32,000 bases of DNA from Candidatus Lokiarchaeum ossiferum (lineage in GTDB: Archaea; Asgardarchaeota; Lokiarchaeia; Sigyniarchaeales; Promethearchaeaceae): contig CP104013.1 in the NCBI GenBank assembly GCA_025839675.1, positions 1,590,001 through 1,622,000 on the forward strand, in the 5' to 3' direction. Made by a program: the position numbers and the translations under genes. The notes beneath the pieces were generated by a model. It was not told the DNA's origin. It ran no database searches and saw nothing but the letters and a program-made list of their open reading frames with translations. Positions 9,405 to 16,784 of the stretch are shown here, in pieces. Numbering within the stretch: position 1 is the stretch's first letter; each line of letters begins with the position of its first letter.

Positions 9405-10238
9405 ATGCTTAAAAAAAAAGATCTCTTTATTTTTGATATGGATGGTGTGCTCTACCGAACTTCGGAGCCTATCCCATCTGGAATTGCATGTGTGAAAAAA
9501 TTACGGGATTTAGGGAAAATAGTGGTATTTCTGACAAATAATTCTTCAAAAACTCCTGAAAATTTTGCCCAAAAATTATATGACATGGGGTTACAAGTCG
9601 AATCGGAATTGATTTATACCTCAGCCACAATTACAGCAATGCAATTATCTTCTCAATATCGAAATGCCCAAGTATATGTGATTGGAGAACATGGATTATA
9701 TCAAGCGTTGAAAGATCAAGGGTTTACTGTTTTAAATGAGATTTACCCAAATATTGAGGATTTAACAATCATCCCGGAAGATTTAACGGCAGATTTAGTA
9801 GTTGTAGGGTGGGATACTCATGTCAATTATAATAAATTTCGCGTTGCGATGATGTTAATATTAAAGGGAGCTCAATTCTATGCTACAAATGATGACGCTT
9901 CTTTTCCAGCCCCTGGAACATTTTGGCCCGGCTCGGGAGCAAACGTCGCTTTTCTTTCCACAGCCTTAGGAAAAGCCCCAGAAAAAATATTTGGAAAACC
10001 TTTTCCAGATGGAATTCAAACAATTTTACAACATTATCATAAGGATCCCGATTCGGCAGTTTTGGTAGGTGATCGTCTTTCTACAGATATTTTAGGAGGA
10101 AATCATGCAAAAATAACAACCGTTTTTGTAGAAACAGGCATTAATTCTCACGATGATGTATCACGAGTCTCGGAGGAACAAAAACCAACCTATACCTTCC
10201 CTCTTCTTTCTGATATGATAGACAAATATTTTTCATGA
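9405..10238 (+). CDS. HAD-superfamily subfamily IIA phosphatase (NagD / p-nitrophenyl-phosphatase / phosphoglycolate-phosphatase-like)
   Basis: 277-aa ORF. HAD motif I is FIFDMDGVLYR, motif II is FLTNNSSKT, the motif III lysine is in FGKP, and motif IV is VGDRLSTDI. Confidence 0.85.
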   Translation: MLKKKDLFIFDMDGVLYRTSEPIPSGIACVKKLRDLGKIVVFLTNNSSKTPENFAQKLYDMGLQVESELIYTSATITAMQLSSQYRNAQVYVIGEHGLYQALKDQGFTVLNEIYPNIEDLTIIPEDLTADLVVVGWDTHVNYNKFRVAMMLILKGAQFYATNDDASFPAPGTFWPGSGANVAFLSTALGKAPEKIFGKPFPDGIQTILQHYHKDPDSAVLVGDRLSTDILGGNHAKITTVFVETGINSHDDVSRVSEEQKPTYTFPLLSDMIDKYFS

Positions 10239-10246
10239 AAAGTTCA

Positions 10247-10255
10247 TTTTTTTTT
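10247..10255 (+). terminator. Oligo-T run (T9) 9 nt after the HAD phosphatase stop
   Basis: tgaaaagttcaTTTTTTTTTag read directly from the sequence. Confidence 0.4.
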
Positions 10256-10348
10256 AGTTAGATGATGAAAAGTTCGGTATTTTAGGTTGCATTTTTATTA
10301 TAGGTTGCATTTTTTGAAATTAGCAAGAAATTTTTTCGAAATTTTTTT

Positions 10349-11128
10349 GTGGAGTTGAATCCTTTTTTGAGTACAGATATCCAAGATTTAATCCAGAAGT
10401 TGGGCGATCGCAATACAAAGGCCCGTTTAGACGCAGCGAACGCATTAGCTCGCAAAGGAAATGAAGCTTTAGATGAAGTGACTAAACTTCTTAACCACGA
10501 TGATTATACTTTTCGTCGAATCGCAGCATATGTGTTAGGTAAAATAGGAAACCCAGATTCCGTTGAAATTTTAGTCGAAGCTTTAGGCGATGATAACTCA
10601 GATGTCCGAAAGAGTGCAGCCCAAGCTTTGAATCGAATTGGAAAACCCGCAATTCCTCTGTTAATTCGAGCTTTGGGTAATATTTCCAAAGATGTTAGAG
10701 CAAGTGCAGTGTGGTCCTTAAGTAAGATGGGATCTATGGTTGTTGACCCCTTAATTGAAGCCTTAGCAAGTGAAGTTAAAGACGTTCGTGCAAGTGCTGT
10801 TTGGGCACTATCCAAAGTTGGTACACCTTCAATTGCACCATTAGTTCAATTGATTGACAATGATGAAAAAAATGTTCGTGAATCAGCCATTTGGGGTTTA
10901 GCGAAAATTGGTACTCCAGCGATTGAAAAACTAGCAGAACATTGGAACGTTCGTATTGGTGAAGATGCCCGTGAAGGGGAATCAGAAACCGATAGTGTCG
11001 ATATTTCCGATTTGATTGCTGGCGGCGAGAATGCTATCAAGCAATGGATTAAATTTATGATTGATAATCGGCACAAACCAGAAGGGCTTGAATCAACCCC
11101 TGAATCTGAAGTTCCAAAAGAAGAATAA
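10349..11128 (+). CDS. HEAT-repeat (PBS-lyase-type HEAT-like repeat) protein with an acidic C-terminal tail
   Basis: 259-aa ORF with about six ~31-aa repeats of the pattern D..VR.sA..AL.kiG.p..i..Li.aL. Examples are SDVRKSAAQALNRIGKPAIPLLIRAL, KDVRASAVWSLSKMG, KDVRASAVWALSKVG and KNVRESAIWGLAKIG. The start is GTG. Confidence 0.8.
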   Translation: MELNPFLSTDIQDLIQKLGDRNTKARLDAANALARKGNEALDEVTKLLNHDDYTFRRIAAYVLGKIGNPDSVEILVEALGDDNSDVRKSAAQALNRIGKPAIPLLIRALGNISKDVRASAVWSLSKMGSMVVDPLIEALASEVKDVRASAVWALSKVGTPSIAPLVQLIDNDEKNVRESAIWGLAKIGTPAIEKLAEHWNVRIGEDAREGESETDSVDISDLIAGGENAIKQWIKFMIDNRHKPEGLESTPESEVPKEE

Positions 11129-11169
11129 TTAAATTAATCATATAATAATCATTATTTTTTTTTTAATTT

Positions 11170-12930
11170 TTAATGCAGTTCCTTTCTTCGCTTATCCTTC
11201 GCAATATATCTTCCACGTAATTCAATGTGATCAACTCGGGAGAGTATGAGTTCCATTTTATCTGATAACTGCGTACAATTTTGATAACCTTCAATAAATG
11301 CAGGATAGGTCCGATCAAATAAAGCACCATGAGTGCTTTGCAAAACTCGTTTGAAAAGATGTATATCCATGGCCATTTCTTCTATTCCAATATCTCGTTT
11401 GGCCAAACCAAAATCAATAAAAAATAATTCATTTTGATCAGTATAAAGAATATTTGAAGTTGTAAGATCTCCATGCATATGATCTGCAAGATGTAACGTA
11501 GCAACTAACCGTCCAATTTTTTGAAAGACTATTTTGATTTGAGAAGAATTAAAAGAATTCATCCGATCTTTCAAGCGATCTGCTTGAAGAAATTTCATGA
11601 CAATTATTCCTTCAGAAGGCATTACCTCATAGACTGGTGGAACCGGAAAACCCATTTTTGCTAATGATAGTAATGCGCGCCCTTCAATTAATGTACGTTG
11701 TTTTCGGATTTGAATATCGAGTTTTTCTACTCGATAGGGTTTTTTTGATCGAAATTTCACCACAACATCTCTTTCAAACCATCTTCCTTGAAATAAAGTT
11801 GCTTCCGCTCCCTTTCGGAGAATTTTATTAACATGGGAAAAATTTAGATTTTTTATTTCGGCTAATAATGTATCTGAAATGACAGGAAAATTTTGACCAG
11901 ACTGTTTGAGGTAAATACGATTTTCTACCTCCTTTTTCCAAGGAATAGGTACTTGATCCATCCGCCATTTTGGTTTTATTTTAGTGGCATCGATCAAATC
12001 AGCACCTCCTGAATGAAATTGTTGGATCCCAGCCCATGCGATCATTGCCCCATTATCACCTGCAACTTTGAGCGGTACGACATGAAATTCAGCATCATGA
12101 TTTTTGGCGATAATGGAAATCATTTCTTGCAAACGTTGGTTCGCTGCCACACCACCGGTAAGTAATACAGATTTTTTCTCAGTATGTGCAATAGCTCGCT
12201 CAAATACTTCAGTTAACATCGCAAAAGAGGTTTCTTGCAGCGAATAGATGAGATCTTCTTGAGTATATTCCTTTTGCCATAAGTTTGGATTTCTTAGAAG
12301 AGATCGAATCTTGGAATAAAGACCCGAAAAGGATAAATCCATCCCTTTTACTATGTATGGAAGAGGAAAATATTTTTTTCCCAATTTTGAGAGAGATTCC
12401 ATACGTGGCCCTCCAGGATGAGGAATTCCTATTTCACGGGCTACCATATCCAACATGTTTCCAATAGGTAGATCAAGGGTTTCTCCAAATACTTGATAAT
12501 GGTCAGAATCAAAGGCGCTTATGATGGTATTACCCCCAGACACGTAAAGAGTGACTGGATCTTCAACCCCACACATTTCTCGCCCTATTTCGATATGAGC
12601 AATACAATGATTGACACCTACAAGAGGGATATTGAGTTTTAAAGATAAAGCACGAGCTACAGCGGCCCCAACACGTAAACAAGGACCAAGTCCTGGACCT
12701 TGGGAAAACGCAATTAAGCCAACCTCCTTCAACCGAATTTTTGCTTTTATTAAAGCGGATTTAAGTAGTGAATCGTAACAATTATAATGATGTTCAACAA
12801 CATCTATAGGTTTTAATCCGCCTTCCGAAGGCATATATGTGTCTGATGATAACCCCAAAAGTTTACCCGTATCAGTAATAAGACCAACACTAAATGTATG
12901 TGCAGTACTTTCAATTCCTAAACAAATCAC
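11170..12930 (-). CDS. kae1: Kae1-Bud32 fusion protein (KEOPS t6A threonylcarbamoyltransferase fused to the Bud32 kinase/ATPase)
   Basis: 586-aa ORF. The N-terminal ~330 aa is ASKHA-fold Kae1/OSGEP-like (MICLGIESTAHTFSVGLI, VNHCIAHIE, SGGNT, GDNGAMIAW). The C-terminal ~200 aa is RIO/Bud32-like kinase (GAEATLF..., HGDLTTSNILY, FIDFGLA). A GTG start has GGAGG 7 nt upstream (12938-12942). Confidence 0.93.
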   Translation of the reverse strand: MICLGIESTAHTFSVGLITDTGKLLGLSSDTYMPSEGGLKPIDVVEHHYNCYDSLLKSALIKAKIRLKEVGLIAFSQGPGLGPCLRVGAAVARALSLKLNIPLVGVNHCIAHIEIGREMCGVEDPVTLYVSGGNTIISAFDSDHYQVFGETLDLPIGNMLDMVAREIGIPHPGGPRMESLSKLGKKYFPLPYIVKGMDLSFSGLYSKIRSLLRNPNLWQKEYTQEDLIYSLQETSFAMLTEVFERAIAHTEKKSVLLTGGVAANQRLQEMISIIAKNHDAEFHVVPLKVAGDNGAMIAWAGIQQFHSGGADLIDATKIKPKWRMDQVPIPWKKEVENRIYLKQSGQNFPVISDTLLAEIKNLNFSHVNKILRKGAEATLFQGRWFERDVVVKFRSKKPYRVEKLDIQIRKQRTLIEGRALLSLAKMGFPVPPVYEVMPSEGIIVMKFLQADRLKDRMNSFNSSQIKIVFQKIGRLVATLHLADHMHGDLTTSNILYTDQNELFFIDFGLAKRDIGIEEMAMDIHLFKRVLQSTHGALFDRTYPAFIEGYQNCTQLSDKMELILSRVDHIELRGRYIAKDKRRKELH

Positions 12931-12981
12931 AAAGAAACCTCCAATTAAATGAAACGGACACCAAATAAAAATAATGTGAGG

Positions 12982-12991
12982 AAAAAAAAAA
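12982..12991 (-). terminator. Oligo-T run (T10 on the minus strand) between S27ae and kae1-bud32; possible partial terminator or attenuator
   Basis: An A10 run on the plus strand lies 15 nt downstream of the S27ae stop. The downstream kae1 gene still has its own GGAGG, so read-through is plausible. Confidence 0.3.
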
Positions 12992-13005
12992 GAAATAAAT
13001 CGTTT

Positions 13006-13266
13006 TTAATTATTGGATGCTTTCACTTTACGTTTAGCAGGGACTACTTTCCCAGATCGTTTAAATAAGGTATAACCACATTTGCCACAATGCATTCGAT
13101 CATAATGATCAGCTAAGAAATTGCCCGGTCCACATTTTGGACAGGATTTTCGTGCTCGGACCACTTTATCCCCTTCAATAGTCCACATTGGACCTTTATT
13201 TTTATTTCGTGGGGGTTTCTGGGTCTTTTCTTTCGTTTTTACTTTACGTTTAGCTCCTCTTGCCAT
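13006..13266 (-). CDS. rps27ae: Ribosomal protein eS31 (S27ae)
   Basis: 86-aa ORF with the zinc-ribbon core CPKCGPGNFLADHYDRMHCGKCGYT typical of S27ae. GGAGTG lies 8 nt upstream of the first ATG (13275-13280). An internal ATG at 13188 would give a 60-aa form. Confidence 0.9.
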   Translation of the reverse strand: MARGAKRKVKTKEKTQKPPRNKNKGPMWTIEGDKVVRARKSCPKCGPGNFLADHYDRMHCGKCGYTLFKRSGKVVPAKRKVKASNN

Positions 13267-13279
13267 TGTTCATTCACTC

Positions 13280-13633
13280 CTAATTTTTCTTCTTCTTTTT
13301 CTTCTTGGATTTAATTTCTTTCCAAGCCGCGTCTCTTTCGCCCTTAGGCAGATTACGGATTTTTGAATAATTCGGTTCCAACTTAGAGGCCACATCTTCA
13401 TTATCGTAAATGAGTGCGAGACCGTGGACATGAGGCATTCCAAACACAGGTTGCATCGTTTTGATAAAAGTTAATTCCGTTTTTGCGGTCTGCATAGCGG
13501 CTAATTTATCGCGAACTTCAATTCGATTTGGAGATCCAGCGCCGAGATGAGCAATCTCAAAAGAGATTTCTTTTCGGTGAAGGATACTGTTTTCTTTCAC
13601 TTCGGTTATTTGAATATCGACCAAATATATCAC
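13280..13633 (-). CDS. rps24e: Ribosomal protein eS24 (S24e)
   Basis: 117-aa ORF. ENSILHRKEISFEIAHLGAGSPNRIEVRDKLAAM...FGMPHVHGLALIYDN matches the S24e family pattern. It ends in a poly-Lys tail (KSKKKKKKKN). The start is ambiguous: GTG at 13633, or TTG at 13624 preceded by AGGTGAT. Confidence 0.9.
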   Translation of the reverse strand: MIYLVDIQITEVKENSILHRKEISFEIAHLGAGSPNRIEVRDKLAAMQTAKTELTFIKTMQPVFGMPHVHGLALIYDNEDVASKLEPNYSKIRNLPKGERDAAWKEIKSKKKKKKKN

Positions 13634-13784
13634 CTGCTAGATCCAGTAGCATACGTTTTCCATGAGGGGACTATATGAGACCTTCTTTTCTAGCTTAAAT
13701 TGTAAAAGGGAAGATTTGTAAAAAATTTATGGGTTTTCTTTCGAGAAACGGTCAAAACGGCATCAAACGGAAGGTAAAAGAATT

Positions 13785-14396
13785 TTAGATTTTTTCAATA
13801 GGTTCCATTTGATCAAAAATTTCTTGAAAGTGAGCTTTTACAACATCATCGTTAAAAATTCCTACACAACCGGAAGGTATATTTGTTCCTAAATCAGTCA
13901 AAGGTGGCTGTCCATAAAAGATAAAACAATTTGAAGTTTCTAATACAGCAGGAACAACAAGCAAATCTTCTTCACCATTGATTTTTATTATATATTGGTT
14001 AGAATTTGAAATTGTTTTACGGATAAAGGCAAAGATATCCTCCGCAATCATCCCACGCGGATTTAAAAATGAGATATATTTAAATTCTGATAGCGATGGA
14101 ATTTTGATATCACCTCCACGTTGGGTCTCTCCGTCAATAAAACAATATTTTACAAAAGAACATAACTCTGGATGGGAAAGTAATGCTTGAGATACTACAT
14201 CCCCCACACAAATGAGAACGGGATTATTTTTAGGGGATATTTCTTTACCTTGCCTTAAAAATTTCCCCTCATCAATGGATCTTATCCAATTAATTGCTTT
14301 AGGTATTGAAATCTCAGGAGAGCCTTCAAATAAATTTCCCATAAGATCTTCCGGGGAGGTAAATTTACGCATATCGCGTGTTAGTCGGTAGTACAT
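13785..14396 (-). CDS. COG1909/DUF359 protein (archaeal GTP-dependent dephospho-CoA kinase family)
   Basis: 203-aa ORF. Family-typical motifs are VLICVGDVVSQAL, CFIDGETQRG, INGEEDLLVVPAVL and FYGQP. It occupies the conserved archaeal position just upstream of S24e-S27ae. Confidence 0.75.
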   Translation of the reverse strand: MYYRLTRDMRKFTSPEDLMGNLFEGSPEISIPKAINWIRSIDEGKFLRQGKEISPKNNPVLICVGDVVSQALLSHPELCSFVKYCFIDGETQRGGDIKIPSLSEFKYISFLNPRGMIAEDIFAFIRKTISNSNQYIIKINGEEDLLVVPAVLETSNCFIFYGQPPLTDLGTNIPSGCVGIFNDDVVKAHFQEIFDQMEPIEKI

Positions 14397-14423
14397 CTAT
14401 TCATAATAGAATAAGAAGGATTC

Positions 14424-14432
14424 AAAAAAAAA
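14424..14432 (-). terminator. Oligo-T run (T9 on the minus strand) about 50 nt downstream of paralog A
   Basis: An A9 run on the plus strand lies between the stop of the 14485..14814 ORF and the DUF359 start. Confidence 0.4.
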
Positions 14433-14484
14433 GTATGGAAAAGTGATTTTTCCCAACTTCATGAATTCTACATATTAAACGAAT

Positions 14485-14814
14485 TTATGGTTTGATATAC
14501 ATGTTCTCTAAGGATCTGGTTGCGATGTTGACGGATCGATTTATTATTTTTCTTGAGTTCAAAATTGGTTCAAGATAACTCCGAAAATAGGTTCCAATCT
14601 TATCAATTTCCTTAATTCGTCTCCCAGCTTTGAATGAAAAAAGAACTGATATTTCCTGCCCAGATGACATTTCCCAATCAAAGAAGGCACGTTCAGTACA
14701 ATTTTTTATAATTTCGGTAGTTAATTTAGCATACTTGCTTATTTCGTCAAACATTTTTTCAAACTTCACTTTCTGATACGCTTCAGGTACAAACCGGACC
14801 ACTTCTCCTCCCAA
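14485..14814 (-). CDS. Small helical protein, paralog A of a three-member tandem family (unknown function)
   Basis: 109-aa ORF. A TTG start is preceded by GGAGGAGGGG 8 nt upstream (14823-14832). It aligns along its full length with the two ORFs upstream (RFVP..., FEKMF..IS, DWE, LEP.LNSRK, LENMY). Confidence 0.6.
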   Translation of the reverse strand: MGGEVVRFVPEAYQKVKFEKMFDEISKYAKLTTEIIKNCTERAFFDWEMSSGQEISVLFSFKAGRRIKEIDKIGTYFRSYLEPILNSRKIINRSVNIATRSLENMYIKP

Positions 14815-14857
14815 CTTTTAATCCCCTCCTCCATCTTAATAAAAAAGTCACATAATT

Positions 14858-15181
14858 CTATATCTTATAAATATCCTCCAAAGCGATGGAGGCATCGATT
14901 AAAGCATGATCCAAATGTTTTTCAGAATTAATTAGAGGTTTGATATAAGTTCGCAGATAATCGAGCATTTTGGAAATTTGTTCAGTACGAGCTTCAACAT
15001 TTTCATTCACCAGAGTATTTACACTACGTTTTTCTGAAGACTCCCAAGCGCAAATTGCAAGTTCAGTATATTTTTGAGCGAGTGTATAACTAATCTGAGC
15101 ATCTTTGCTAATATTTTGAATCATTTTATCAAACTCTACTTGACGACGTTGATTTGAAACAAAGCGAGTTGTATTGCTCAT
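14858..15181 (-). CDS. Small helical protein, paralog B of the tandem family
   Basis: 107-aa ORF. An ATG start is preceded by GGAGG 9 nt upstream (15191-15195). Shared motifs are TRFVS, FDKMIQNIS, AWE, IKPLINSEK and LEDIYKI. Confidence 0.65.
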   Translation of the reverse strand: MSNTTRFVSNQRRQVEFDKMIQNISKDAQISYTLAQKYTELAICAWESSEKRSVNTLVNENVEARTEQISKMLDYLRTYIKPLINSEKHLDHALIDASIALEDIYKI

Positions 15182-15204
15182 TTTTACTTTCCTCCTTCAA
15201 ATTG

Positions 15205-15216
15205 AAAAAAAAAAAA
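15205..15216 (-). terminator. Oligo-T run (T12 on the minus strand) between paralog C and paralog B
   Basis: An A12 run on the plus strand lies 63 nt downstream of the paralog C stop. It may terminate or attenuate transcription before paralog B. Confidence 0.35.
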
Positions 15217-15278
15217 CAGCAGATAAGGATAAAGATGAAAAAGATTATTCTATTTAAAAAGAAAATAAATCAGAAGCT

Positions 15279-15623
15279 TCAGAATATTTTATACATAGTT
15301 TCCAAAGCCTTTGAAGCAATTTCAATGGATCGATCCAATTTTTTTCGTGAAAAGATGATTGGGCGCAATTTATCGCGCAATTTATCTAACATTTTGTCAA
15401 TTTCAATGGATCGATAATCCGGACGTGCGGTAAAAAGAGTCAAAACGTCCTTTCCACCTTTGTTTTCCCATTCAGTTAATGCACTTTCAGAGCATTTTCG
15501 TACTAATTCGGGACTGATTCTCGCCTTAGCACTAATTTCTTGAATCATTTTCTCAAATGAGTCCGATCTATATTCGTGACTTACAAATCTGGTAATTTCA
15601 TTCCCCAAGGTTTTCACCCACAT
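15279..15623 (-). CDS. Small helical protein, paralog C of the tandem family
   Basis: 114-aa ORF with an ATG start and no SD. Shared motifs are TRFVS, FEKMIQEIS, EWE, LRPIIFSRK and LETMYKIF. Confidence 0.65.
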   Translation of the reverse strand: MWVKTLGNEITRFVSHEYRSDSFEKMIQEISAKARISPELVRKCSESALTEWENKGGKDVLTLFTARPDYRSIEIDKMLDKLRDKLRPIIFSRKKLDRSIEIASKALETMYKIF

Positions 15624-15645
15624 ACCATTCTAAGAAACATCAACG

Positions 15646-15652
15646 TAATAAA
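15646..15652 (-). promoter_or_regulatory. TATA-like box (TTTATTA on the minus strand) centred about 26 nt upstream of the paralog C ATG; suggests a leaderless transcript
   Basis: The minus-strand sequence reads ...CGATTTATTACGTTGATGTTTCTTAGAATGGTATG. The spacing fits an archaeal TATA-to-TSS distance if transcription starts at or near the ATG, and no SD is present. Confidence 0.3.
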
Positions 15653-15848
15653 TCGTACTATTTTGGAAATACATCTACATTTAAATTAGCTGAATTAAAG
15701 TTGAGTGGAAATGATAATCAGCGAGAAAAACACTTTTCTTTCAGATATACACCGAAAAGTACAATCTCCAATAAACAGAATGAATATCTAAGATTTGAAT
15801 ATCTAAAATTTGATAAGATTAAATAATTTTAATATACTGAGAAAAATC

Positions 15849-16610
15849 ATGTTTACTAAAGCAATTGTTAGGACTCCATGCAAAAAAATGGTGGAAGGAA
15901 TAACCACATCTCATTTAGGAAAACCAATATATGATATAGCTTTGAAACAACATCAAGCCTATATTCAAGCATTAAAATCCTGCGGCTTGGAAGTGATCAT
16001 ACTCCCAGCAGATGAACGATTTCCAGATTCCTGTTTTGTGGAAGATACTGCAGTTGTCAATGAAAAATTTGCAATAGTTGATCGCCCGGGAGCAATTACC
16101 AGACAGGGAGAACAAAATTCTATTCATGCCGAATTAAAAAAACATTATTCAGATATAAAGATCATAACGGCTCCAGGTACCCTAGAAGGTGGTGATGTGA
16201 TGAGAATCGGATCAAAATACTATGTTGGGCTTTCAGATCGCACAAATCACAATGGTTTTAACCAATTTCGAGAAATCTGTTCACAGTTCAATTTTGAAGC
16301 CAATGCAATTGAAATGAATGAAATGTTGCACTTAAAAACAGGTGTAAATTACTTAGGAGATAATACTATTCTGGTAGCAGGTGAATTTATAGAAAAAGAA
16401 GAATTTAAATCGTTTACCAAAATAATTGTTGACCCAACCGAAAGTTATGCGGCCAATTGTATAAGAATTAATGCAAATATTATCATGCCGAAAGGTTTTC
16501 CCATTTTGAAAGCGAAACTGCAAAAAATTGGAGTATCCATTCTGGAATTAGAAATGAGCGAATTTCAAAAATTGGATGGAGGACTTTCCTGCCTTTCACT
16601 TCGCTTTTAG
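15849..16610 (+). CDS. N(G),N(G)-dimethylarginine dimethylaminohydrolase (DDAH)-type amidinotransferase-superfamily enzyme
   Basis: The ORF track starts at TTG 15810. I prefer ATG 15849 (MFTKAIVRTP...) because DDAH proteins begin this way. Matching blocks are SHLGKP.Y..AL.QH.AYI.AL, DERFPDSCFVEDTA, RPGA..R.GE, LEGGDVM, LHLKTG, ESYAANCI and the C-terminal catalytic-Cys block KLDGGLSCLSLRF. These closely follow bacterial DDAH sequences as I remember them. Confidence 0.88.
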   Translation: MFTKAIVRTPCKKMVEGITTSHLGKPIYDIALKQHQAYIQALKSCGLEVIILPADERFPDSCFVEDTAVVNEKFAIVDRPGAITRQGEQNSIHAELKKHYSDIKIITAPGTLEGGDVMRIGSKYYVGLSDRTNHNGFNQFREICSQFNFEANAIEMNEMLHLKTGVNYLGDNTILVAGEFIEKEEFKSFTKIIVDPTESYAANCIRINANIIMPKGFPILKAKLQKIGVSILELEMSEFQKLDGGLSCLSLRF

Positions 16611-16784
16611 ACAACCTTTTAGTTCAATTGGTCTAACAATCCGATTGGAAAAAAATTTTTAATAATTTTATCATTTTTAGTTATAGAACGTTAAATTTTC
16701 TTATTTTCGCATTTATGATTCATTTTTTTCATTTTTGTCAATTATCTTTAAGTAGATGGAATTTCTAAAGCTATTATCAAAAAT

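Noticed and set aside
10504-11076. Minus-strand ORFs 10504..10815 and 10846..11076
   Set aside because: They are antisense to the HEAT-repeat gene. The open frames are explained by the repetitive, relatively GC-rich codons of the sense strand.
10349-11128. HEAT-repeat protein as deoxyhypusine hydroxylase (DOHH)
   Set aside because: DOHH HEAT repeats carry conserved His-Glu metal-binding pairs. I see none in these repeats, which match the generic PBS-lyase HEAT-like pattern instead.
13006-13266. Ubiquitin-S27a fusion as in eukaryotes
   Set aside because: The N-terminal extension is a 26-aa Lys/Arg-rich segment, far too short and compositionally unlike a ubiquitin fold.
14812-14834. ATG at 14834 (minus strand) as an alternative start for paralog A
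   Set aside because: It is out of frame with the conserved RFVP...FEKM reading frame and stops after about 22 codons. The same bases instead serve as the GGAGG-rich ribosome-binding site for the in-frame TTG at 14814.
15154-15417. 87-aa plus-strand ORF (MKQSELYCSFLL...KKKKQQIRIKMKK...)
   Set aside because: It runs through the A12 intergenic tract and antisense to paralog C. It is Lys-rich low complexity produced by A-runs.
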